From: Candidatus Eiseniibacteriota bacterium
GTDB lineage: Bacteria; Eisenbacteria; RBG-16-71-46; CAZAMP01
DNA: 64,000 nt
Assembly (NCBI GenBank): GCA_965224245.1
Contig: OZ245046.1
Coordinates: 6,304,001 to 6,368,000, forward strand
Direction of reading: 5' to 3'
Shown here: positions 28,801 through 36,313 of the stretch, in pieces
Position numbering within the stretch: position 1 is the stretch's first letter
Layout of the letters: the number at the start of each line of letters is the position of its first letter
Translations under genes and position numbers: made by a program
The notes under the pieces: model-generated
Told to the model about the DNA's origin: nothing
Databases searched by the model: none
What the model saw: the letters and a program-made list of their open reading frames with translations, nothing else

Positions 28801-29784
28801 ATCCTGACCAACCTGATCGTCGGCGAGTCCGGCGTGATCTACGCCGCCAGCGCGCCGGAGGCGGGTGTGTGGAGATCCGATGATGACGGTGTGTCGTTCG
28901 GCCTGGTGAGCACGATCGGTGGGGAGTCGCGGGTGGGCGCACTGCTGCAGGTCGGCGATCGTCTGCTTGCGGCACTCGAAGTACCCGGCGAAGTCGCGGC
29001 GATCATGTACTCCGACGATGAGGGCATCTCGTGGACCCAGGCTGCGGGACTCGGATCCGTGGTGGCCGCCCACGACCTCGTCGCGATCGGGGGTATCGTG
29101 TATGCCGGCGTCGCCGAGACGGGCGACGCAGGCTGGGTCTACGCGTCGGCAGATGCCGGCACGTCGTGGTCTCGCACTACCGAGTTCACCGATCCCTCGA
29201 ACATCCGGGCCGTGACGAGCCTCGGCGTCGGGATCGACGGACGGCTCATCGCCGGCGCCTCGAGCGGTTGGGGCCCGGCCGGATCGGCCGTCTACGTTGC
29301 CGATGCGTCCCTCACCTCGTGGGAGCCACTCGGGGGAGGACTGGAGCTCGCCACCGACGTGACCGCAATCATGCCCATTCCACCACCACTCATCGGGCGC
29401 GGGACCCCGGCGGTCCTCGTGGCCACGGGGTCGATCTACGGCGACATCTACGTCGCGGGTTACGACGCGCTGCTGGACAGCCCACCGCCGATCTCCCCTC
29501 CGGCCGTACTGACCCTCGCCCCACCGGCACCGAACCCGTTCACACACCACACGGCCCTGGCCATCGCGCTGCCCTCCGCGGGTCCAGTGCGGGTGATCGT
29601 CGTCTCCTCGGATGGACGGCGCGTCCGGACACTGCTGAATCACGGTGCACACGAAGCGGGTCGACTCGAGGTCTCCTGGGACGGGACGGACGACGTCGGC
29701 CATCCGGTATCCTCAGGTGTGTACTTCACCCGCGTGGAGACCCCGTCCGGTAGCCGAACCCAGAAGGTCCTGCTCGTGCGTTGA
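25819..29784 (+). CDS. BNR/Asp-box propeller - peptidase C25 (gingipain-like) - BNR propeller - FlgD-Ig/CTD protein
   Basis: GGAGG RBS; SxDxGxTW Asp-boxes; YVLLVGD, SDYYYA, VGRIP, His in AHG, Cys in GCS, NFYGDP; PNPF...WDGTD...SGVYF. Confidence 0.88.
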   Translation: MTWSPSILGILLILGASPGVAEQASKPPAPSPRVGVDPAARAIVREGIAIRSAGSPVFGTDVLLSDLAIPSHEPAIASRADGTLFAAVVATPPAIDVYQSDDDGYTWTLWFRATAADAVSHPAIIVGEGNVNRLVLAYVEGSETPSARLVVLTRDLDNPADISLAELDASPYASLASPRLCVDSPEYAFWYPYIVWERPVVGRGAGQQVRFSRSTDYGDTFETPQSLGTGGGPTEPDVDFGASRLFVALATGTSGSRDIQVRQSTDFGATWDPAVDVATAVQDEFEPSVVASNGGDAVVVAFSKTYGAQSDIEAAISTNGGSTWFPNYLPWNSDDERTADLDVSASGGRIHAAFRRDDEIVYTYCAVATPGAWSTERVLTDLSTATAGYAPAICRNASRPQEAIVAWTAPAPDGSRVYVGAAYPLGKYLIVAGSDPLATAVESFAEWKASIGFDVEIVTRAQVFAASGSGDDAERFWSYLRDRRTELRYVLLVGDVDTIPMRPLFPSGNPAYPPTDPRHDNGLPYGSDYYYAKVDVTSWDLDLDGRWGEFVDDALDPEPDLLVGRIPFSDVTNATAACASAVAFESSEPAGKRAALLAHGFLNYRGKASDQITDAAYAGEHTRNNDLLPTGWSALRLYERNGVGPSGFASEDSLTRMDYRSYVGAFGLVSAMAHGNPWGLSGIRWVSDVNGNGFADLREEWIYNEFVRAGDIAASPATGLVLLTGCSTGVLWGDDRGCWDDPLGSGWLSGTTLDGTMLKEYLRHGAAAVVASSAGSDYGYAWTSPAGNGGQSLAVSISSHLVSGRLRAGDAFHRAMFDYVNTHGYQRGIRVFNFYGDPALSFETVDVPAATREAAARYVAARPRLESAEREARDAVACALLENPDQWSPLPDLAGATTISSLMVHSGGKLFAAGMISADEDRNAGVVYRWEDAISVIPTPIPLPAAWSIRDLAEAASGALIACGLAEDGGYEGRIYRSEDEGGTWITSLDLPGGILTNLIVGESGVIYAASAPEAGVWRSDDDGVSFGLVSTIGGESRVGALLQVGDRLLAALEVPGEVAAIMYSDDEGISWTQAAGLGSVVAAHDLVAIGGIVYAGVAETGDAGWVYASADAGTSWSRTTEFTDPSNIRAVTSLGVGIDGRLIAGASSGWGPAGSAVYVADASLTSWEPLGGGLELATDVTAIMPIPPPLIGRGTPAVLVATGSIYGDIYVAGYDALLDSPPPISPPAVLTLAPPAPNPFTHHTALAIALPSAGPVRVIVVSSDGRRVRTLLNHGAHEAGRLEVSWDGTDDVGHPVSSGVYFTRVETPSGSRTQKVLLVR

Positions 29785-29842
29785 TACGCGCAGGGTCGAG
29801 GAATACCGGCCCCGGGCGACACGATCGAGCCGAGGAGGACCC

Positions 29843-30589
29843 GTGGACACCTGGAAGTACTACGACATCACCCACCGCGAGCACCTGGTCTGCAACCCCA
29901 CGAGCGTGGAGAAGCTCGCGCGGCTCGTCGCTCTCCTGCGCCTGGAGAGGGGCGATCGCGTGGTGGACATCGCGTGCGGAAAGGCCGAGTTCCTCATCCG
30001 CCTCGCCGAGACCCATGGCGTGGTCGGCACGGGGATCGACATCTCCCGGTTCTGCATCGCTGATGCGGAGAAGCGGCTCGCCGCTCGACTTCCGGGTTCG
30101 GGCATCACGTTCACCCGGATGAATGGTGCCGACTTTCGAGCCGACCCGTCGCACAGCTACTCCCTGGCCTCGTGTATCGGCGCCAGCTGGATATACGGAG
30201 GACATGCGGGCACCCTCGATGCGCTGATCGAGATGGTGAGGCCCGGCGGCTGGGTCGTCGCCGGCGAGCCCTTCTGGCGGCGGGAGCCGTCAGCGGAGTA
30301 CCTCGAGGCGTCGGGAGACGAGAGAGAGGACTTCGGCACCCACGCGACCAACGTCGAAGCCGGCGAGGCCCGCGGGCTGGATCTCGTGTACACCAGCGTG
30401 AGCAGTGAGGACGACTGGGATACGTACGAGGGATTGCAGTGGTACGCCTCGACCGACTATGCCCGCAGCAACCCGGACGACCCCGACGTGCCGGAGCTGC
30501 TCGAACGTGTGGCGAGGAACAGAGCCGCCTATCTGCGGTGGGGCCGAGACACCCTGGGCTGGGCGATCTACGTCTTCCGTCGTCGATGA
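29843..30589 (+). CDS. Class I SAM-dependent methyltransferase
   Basis: GAGGAGG then GTG; motif I VVDIACGKAE; CIGASWI; GEPFW...RDTLGWA, YjhP-like. Confidence 0.88.
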   Translation: MDTWKYYDITHREHLVCNPTSVEKLARLVALLRLERGDRVVDIACGKAEFLIRLAETHGVVGTGIDISRFCIADAEKRLAARLPGSGITFTRMNGADFRADPSHSYSLASCIGASWIYGGHAGTLDALIEMVRPGGWVVAGEPFWRREPSAEYLEASGDEREDFGTHATNVEAGEARGLDLVYTSVSSEDDWDTYEGLQWYASTDYARSNPDDPDVPELLERVARNRAAYLRWGRDTLGWAIYVFRRR

Positions 30590-30885
30590 GCCTTCGGGCG
30601 TCGTCGAGAGCCTCTCGGAGTCCATCGAGGTGGACACGAAGCTGAGCCGCTGGGATCGACGCGCAGTTACCGTCCCGTATCGACGAACCAGGTCGAAGGG
30701 TGTGTTGGTTCCATCTTGTGCACCGTCGATCACTCTCCAGCCCGGCACGGCATCTGACCGTCTACAGCCTGCGCTCTGGTGTCGCACCGGCATCCGGTGC
30801 GCCGCTGTCCATGCCGAAAACGGTCTTCTATCGGATGGCTCTTCCGCGTACTGTCGGTCGAGAACTCCACCACGTGCAGGCCGAC

Positions 30886-32679
30886 ATGATCCACCTGGTC
30901 CTCCATACGGCGCTGAAGCTCGTTGTCGCCCTCGGTCTTGCCGTCGACCTGGTGGCAAGTGATCACCCCGGCATGGCGCTTCTCGCGCTCGCGATCACCG
31001 CGCCCTGGCTGGGCACGTTCGCCGCCGCGACCCTGGCAGGTCTCCTGGTCGTGCACGGTCTGTTCGCCGATCCGGACGTGTGGTCCAGGGTCCTCGCGCT
31101 CGGTGTGGTGATCGTATGGGATCTGTCCGTCGGTCTGTACGCACGCTGGCGCCTCGGTCGGCACCGGCAGTCGCGCGAGCGACCGGGGCCCGTTCGTTCC
31201 ATCAGCGGCGAGAGTCGTCGGGACGGCCCTGGAGGACGAACCGCGCTCGCTGTCTATCGACGGGACACGCGCCTTCTCCTCTGGTATCAGATGTCGCCCG
31301 AGACGACCGTGATCCTCACACCGTTGATGTTCCCGCTGCTCCTCATCGCCGACCTGCTTCTGAATGGGCGAGACCTCGACGCGTCGGGAGGGCCCATTCT
31401 TGCGCTGATCATCCTGGTCTGGCTCGTGCTTCCGTTCTTCCATCGACCCCTGACGCGTTTGCTCGAGGCACCGGCACACTGGGCCCAGGCGCGGGTACGC
31501 GCCGCCGTCGACATCACGCTGTTCCGTCCGTTCCGACGCCCGGAGAAGTGGCACCCCACCTACCGGGTGCTCGTGCCGACGCTGGACCGCCTCGGACGCG
31601 TCTGGACCGTGTTCGGTCCGGACTACGGAAAGGGCATGAAGAGGACTGAAGGAGAGTCACTCCGGTTCGAGGCGGAGGGCGACGAGTTCGTCTCGGAGGA
31701 CGACTCGGTCTGGCAGGGTGCCATCGAGGAGCGGCTCGCGGTCACCGACTTCGTTGCGATCGACGTATCCGTTCCGTCCAGCAACGTCCTCTGGGAGCTC
31801 GAGCAAGCGAGGATCCGGATTCCACCGGAGCAGATTCTCCTCTTCGCCGAGCAATCGGTGGATGCACGCACATTCGAGACGTTCTATCAGCTGCGGGACG
31901 CGGGTGACCGGGAGTCCGCCGTGCCCGTGTCTGTCTTGCGATACGATCCGCTCGACACGCTCAGCTTCCTCATCGCCGTCCGGAAGAGGATCCTGAAGGG
32001 ACTGCGCACCGAAGATGCACGACCGGCGACTCGAGTCGCTTCTGCCCCGGGGCGAATGCCGACCGTGCGGCTTCTGGCCAGGAGGGGAGACCTCTTCGGC
32101 GTTGCCCGATCGTTCGGCACGGCGATCCCGGGGTGGATCGCCGTCTCCTACGTACTCGGGAGCTGGCTCGGTGGCTGGTTCGGATCACTGGCGTCGGGAT
32201 GGGTGAGAGGTCCGGTGATCGACCCCACGTGGATCGTGCTGCGGCTCTGCGTTGGAGTGAGCCTGGCATGGGTCGTGACGCGACACTGGAGCGCCTGGCG
32301 TGCACATGCGACGTGGGGAGGAGCTGTGGTGTGTGTGAATGCGTTTGCGTACGTGTTCTTGCCGCTACTCCGCGGCGGGCAGTTCACCGTTGGGGGATAC
32401 GTCATCGAGTACGCTGTCGGCACGCTGCTCGATGGCGCGCTGCTGCTGCCCGCGTTGCACGCCGTCACGCGACTGGTCGGCATACGGTGGTGGAGTATGG
32501 CGACCGGTGGCGTGGTTGCCGAGCTCGCCACCCGGGCACTGCTGCCCGACCCGTATGGTATCCCGCACTGGAGCTGGGGGGCGGTGACCGAGGGGGCGAT
32601 TCTCGGCCTGCTGATCTTTCCTGCCATCTGTGTACATGGCGCGGGCCGGGTGGCGCCGACGGAGACGACGATCGTCTAG
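30886..32679 (+). CDS. Hypothetical multi-pass membrane protein with a central soluble domain
   Basis: Long ORF with TM blocks at both ends and a central LFRPF...W...IDVS..SSNVLWE domain. Start uncertain (30700-30886). Confidence 0.65.
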   Translation: MIHLVLHTALKLVVALGLAVDLVASDHPGMALLALAITAPWLGTFAAATLAGLLVVHGLFADPDVWSRVLALGVVIVWDLSVGLYARWRLGRHRQSRERPGPVRSISGESRRDGPGGRTALAVYRRDTRLLLWYQMSPETTVILTPLMFPLLLIADLLLNGRDLDASGGPILALIILVWLVLPFFHRPLTRLLEAPAHWAQARVRAAVDITLFRPFRRPEKWHPTYRVLVPTLDRLGRVWTVFGPDYGKGMKRTEGESLRFEAEGDEFVSEDDSVWQGAIEERLAVTDFVAIDVSVPSSNVLWELEQARIRIPPEQILLFAEQSVDARTFETFYQLRDAGDRESAVPVSVLRYDPLDTLSFLIAVRKRILKGLRTEDARPATRVASAPGRMPTVRLLARRGDLFGVARSFGTAIPGWIAVSYVLGSWLGGWFGSLASGWVRGPVIDPTWIVLRLCVGVSLAWVVTRHWSAWRAHATWGGAVVCVNAFAYVFLPLLRGGQFTVGGYVIEYAVGTLLDGALLLPALHAVTRLVGIRWWSMATGGVVAELATRALLPDPYGIPHWSWGAVTEGAILGLLIFPAICVHGAGRVAPTETTIV

Positions 32680-33102
32680 GACGGAGCGGGAGACGTCCGA
32701 CTCCTCGGCCAGGCCCCTCAGGGTCGCCAGCCCGGCACATAAACGACCATATGGCTTAGCGTTACGATCCGATCGCCACGGGGGAGAGCCGGTCTCCGGC
32801 CGCCAGTCCCTCCAGCGGTCCGGGGCGTCGTTGGCGAATCATGGCCGGCCCGGTGAAGGTTCTCCGGCGCGAGTTTCGGTTTCTCTGGCGAGGCGAGCAT
32901 CGTGTCGGAGACGCCCGCGCACCCCGAGACCCTGCCGCCTCGAAGCAAATCAGTCCGGAGATGTGACTGGCCATCAGAGACGACCCGAGCGTGGCGGTGA
33001 AGCGGATGCTCTCCAGTACATCGCCGCACAGCGACATCCTCGCCAGTGGCGCCGCCAGTCGACCGGCCGAATGGAAAGCGCTCGTCAATGAAAGGGGTCT
33101 AC

Positions 33103-35934
33103 ATGTTCGCCAGGACGTCAGGTTCTCGCAGGGGTTGGTCGCTCATTGCCGCAACTGCCCTCTTTGCCAGCAGTACCCATGCCGGCGACGGCACCGTTGA
33201 TGGAGATCTGCAGACGATCAACCTCACGGTGCTGTTTCGGTATCCACCGACACTGGCCGATGTCGAGGAGGCCAAGACCTCTATCGAGGAGACCAGTCGG
33301 ATTCTCTGTGACATCACCGAAGGGCAAGTGAGACTGGGAACGATCAAGCTTCGCAGCAGCGCCTGCGACGACTGTGGATTCAACGTCGCCAACGGGGACA
33401 TACATCTCTCTCCCAGTGAGAACTGTGCCGCCGCCAATGGCAGTGGCTGTGCGAAGTTCGACGAAATGTGCAGCGCCCTCGGAAAGTCCGGAACGGGAGT
33501 GTTCCTGAGTCGGTGCCACCTCTCCAATCCCGTCAGCTGGGCACACGAGCTAGGGCACTACGTGTTCAATCTCAACGACGCCTATCCGGCTGGCGATTGC
33601 AGAGTCGGTAGCTCCGGCGAAATCGAGCGGCCGCCATACGCCCCGCTGCTTCCATGTTCCGACATCGATCAGACCACCACGAGCATCATGCTCGCTTTCG
33701 AGTGTGGAGGCTCGGCCGACTACACCGAGCTGACGACGGACGCGACGTTCCCGCCATTGTCCGGGCTGGGGTTTCCATGTTTGGACGAGCTTCCATGTGC
33801 GGACGAGGATGATGTCTTCGGTCCGCCCCCACTGTGTGATCCCGATCTCGCCTGCGACTACACGATCTGCTATGACGGCTATCACAACGAGCACGTAGAC
33901 GAGAGGGGCCACCCGCGATGCAAGGCCTTTGATCCCAGCTCCTGTGAGTACGTCTGGCCCGCCCATGCCTGGTGGAGCTACTACCACCTTGGCGAGGTCG
34001 TGTCGGAGCTCGAGTTCGCGGCCAAGACGATGCAGAAGCTGAACGGCGGCGTCCCCTTCTTCACGACCATCGAGACGGGAGTCCCGGATCCATGGGTCCC
34101 GCCGGGGCGGGAGGCGTTCTGCACCGATCCCGACTATCCCAACATCGTCGATGAGATCGACCTCCCCAACCAGGTGATGCTCCTCCTCGACCGATCCGGA
34201 AGCATGTACTGGCCCGAAGGCCCGTGTGAGCAGACATGCTGCGAGGGCATGCCCTGCGGCCCGGACTGCGACACTCCCGCTTGCTGTGGTCAATGCCCGG
34301 CCAGCTGGGAATCGCGAATGAAGAAGCTCAAGAGGACCGTGACGAACTACCTCGAGCTCGTCCGCGAGGTGCCCCTCGAGGGCATCGAGGTCGGTGTCAT
34401 GTCCTTCGATTGCGATGTCACGTCGGAAGTAGAACTTCGGCCCGTGACCGATGATTCCTATGACGACGTGTTCGTGCCTGCCATCAACGACCTGACACCG
34501 GGCGGCCGAACCTCGATCGCCGACGCCCTTCATGCGGCCGGCCAGAGCCTCGGTGGAGGCTCTGGAAAGGCCGTGTTCCTGGTCACGGACGGATTCGAGA
34601 ACTGCAGCGAGAGCGATGTCGATACGGCAATTCTGGAGCTGAAAGACCTGGGCGTGAACATCTACGCCATCTCGTTCGGCGCTTCCTTCGCGAGTACCCA
34701 GATGATGAAGGCCGCCGAGGCAACCCGCGGAAACTACATGAGCGTTCCGATCGCGCGCGAGCTGGGGCCGGCCTTCAGCCGTCAGTGGGCCGCGCTCGTG
34801 AATGCCGGCCTCGTCATTCCGCAACTACCCTATGCGGTATGGCCCTTCGGCACCACGGAGCCGCCGAGCGAGGCCCGAGGCATCGAGCACTGGCTTGCCG
34901 GTGATGACGATCCTCCCGGCGACCCGGAGTTCCCGTATCGCTCGAACACGTTCAATGCTCACGTGGAGGAAGGCACCGAAAAGCTCATCGTCTCGCTGGC
35001 CGGAACGATGGACGACATGTCCAAGTTCGCGGTCCGGGCGCTTCTGGATGGACCACCCGGACCCAACCCCACGCACTATGACACGGAGGTGCCCGATCCC
35101 CTCATGTCGGTGTTCAGCCGTTCCTACTACCTGCTGTTCGAGATTCAGGATCCAAATCCGGGGACGTGGCGGATTGCGGTGGAGGCGAATCCGGAGATGC
35201 CCGACGAGACCGTTCACACCGGCTACATCACGGTGATGTCACGCGCCGGAGAGCAGCGCGTGTTCGCCAGCCTGGATAAGGGTGTCGTGGAGGAGGAAAC
35301 GGAAGGAGTCGAGCTCTCCGTCGTGCCGCGCTTCCAGAGCATGCCGATCGGCAACGCCCACATCTTCGCGACGCTCGTGCGACCGGACGGGAGTGTCGTA
35401 GGTCCCCTGGACATGGAGGGTGGGGTACTGCCCGGAGAGTCGTACCTCGGGTTCGTCGATCCTGCGGACATCGCGCTTCCCGGCCTCTACGAGGTTCGCG
35501 TGGGTTGCTGGGTACAGAACGGAGACTCCTGGGCGAGCTGGGGACCGGGTCTACCAGAGGTCGACGTCCCGACGTTCAGGCGTGCCGCGTCGCGGTACTT
35601 CGTGGCGACCGTGGACTCAACCACGACCTCCGTGATGCCCCAGACCGGCGTGGAGCCCGGAACGCTCCAGTGGGCGCAACCGAGCCCATTCCGAGGCACC
35701 ACTCTGCTGAACTTCACGCTGCCGACGCCGTCCGACGCGACTCTCACGGTCTACGATGTCGCCGGTCGGGTCGTGCGTGTGCTCGTCGACGATCGCCGTG
35801 GTCAAGGAGTCCACACGGCCAGATGGGACGGCCGTGATGATCGTGGATCACGTGTCGCCAGCGGCATGTATCTCGTGAAGCTCGTTGCCGGCGGCCTCGA
35901 GCAGACGACGAACGTGGTGTTCCTGGGAGACTGA
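33103..35934 (+). CDS. Secreted CLCA-like HExxH metalloprotease + vWA + FlgD-Ig/CTD protein
   Basis: AAAGGGG RBS; signal peptide; HELGHYVFNLNDAY; SIM; MIDAS DRSGS...T...TDG; YDVAGRVVR...WDGRD...SGMYLV. Confidence 0.82.
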   Translation: MFARTSGSRRGWSLIAATALFASSTHAGDGTVDGDLQTINLTVLFRYPPTLADVEEAKTSIEETSRILCDITEGQVRLGTIKLRSSACDDCGFNVANGDIHLSPSENCAAANGSGCAKFDEMCSALGKSGTGVFLSRCHLSNPVSWAHELGHYVFNLNDAYPAGDCRVGSSGEIERPPYAPLLPCSDIDQTTTSIMLAFECGGSADYTELTTDATFPPLSGLGFPCLDELPCADEDDVFGPPPLCDPDLACDYTICYDGYHNEHVDERGHPRCKAFDPSSCEYVWPAHAWWSYYHLGEVVSELEFAAKTMQKLNGGVPFFTTIETGVPDPWVPPGREAFCTDPDYPNIVDEIDLPNQVMLLLDRSGSMYWPEGPCEQTCCEGMPCGPDCDTPACCGQCPASWESRMKKLKRTVTNYLELVREVPLEGIEVGVMSFDCDVTSEVELRPVTDDSYDDVFVPAINDLTPGGRTSIADALHAAGQSLGGGSGKAVFLVTDGFENCSESDVDTAILELKDLGVNIYAISFGASFASTQMMKAAEATRGNYMSVPIARELGPAFSRQWAALVNAGLVIPQLPYAVWPFGTTEPPSEARGIEHWLAGDDDPPGDPEFPYRSNTFNAHVEEGTEKLIVSLAGTMDDMSKFAVRALLDGPPGPNPTHYDTEVPDPLMSVFSRSYYLLFEIQDPNPGTWRIAVEANPEMPDETVHTGYITVMSRAGEQRVFASLDKGVVEEETEGVELSVVPRFQSMPIGNAHIFATLVRPDGSVVGPLDMEGGVLPGESYLGFVDPADIALPGLYEVRVGCWVQNGDSWASWGPGLPEVDVPTFRRAASRYFVATVDSTTTSVMPQTGVEPGTLQWAQPSPFRGTTLLNFTLPTPSDATLTVYDVAGRVVRVLVDDRRGQGVHTARWDGRDDRGSRVASGMYLVKLVAGGLEQTTNVVFLGD

Positions 35935-35954
35935 CACCCGCAGGAAGCGAAGAC

Positions 35955-36070
35955 CATCGCCCATGCAACGTCCCGTGGGCGACCGCGTGAGTCCTCGACC
36001 GGGAGCCGGATGTGGGAACCCCCACGTCCGGCTCGGCCAGCGGGAGTCCCCGCCACGTCCCGACTTTGGC
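35955..36070 (+). mobile_element. Degenerate 3' remnant of a group II intron (end of IEP ORF, domain V, shortened domain VI)
   Basis: ...NVPWATA* (TGA 35988-35990), then GAGCCGGATGTGGGAACCCCCACGTCCGGCTC (36003-36034, AGC triad, DV-like), then AGCGGGAGT and CGCCACGTCCCGACTTT. Confidence 0.55.
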
Positions 36071-36313
36071 AACGTACGAGAGTCGTGGCCCGACAGGAGT
36101 GTGGTAAGGTCGGGGGGCTGTACGAAGTCATCCATCCCAAGCTCTCACTGACCGCGGTCGCCGGTCCGGGTTGCCGGCGGCCAGGCGATCGTCATCGGCG
36201 ACTTCACCGAAGCGATACGACGTGCGTTGTGAGGCGACTCGATCTCGAGACGCGTCCGTCACGACCCGACGCTCCCACCGTATGGTCCCAACACGCGTGG
36301 AGGCTCTGAAGAC

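Noticed and set aside
25736-32884. Shared TTCGGTTTCT upstream of two protease genes (25736, 32875)
   Set aside because: Distances to the start codons differ greatly and one copy lies inside the antisense relic; too weak to call a promoter.
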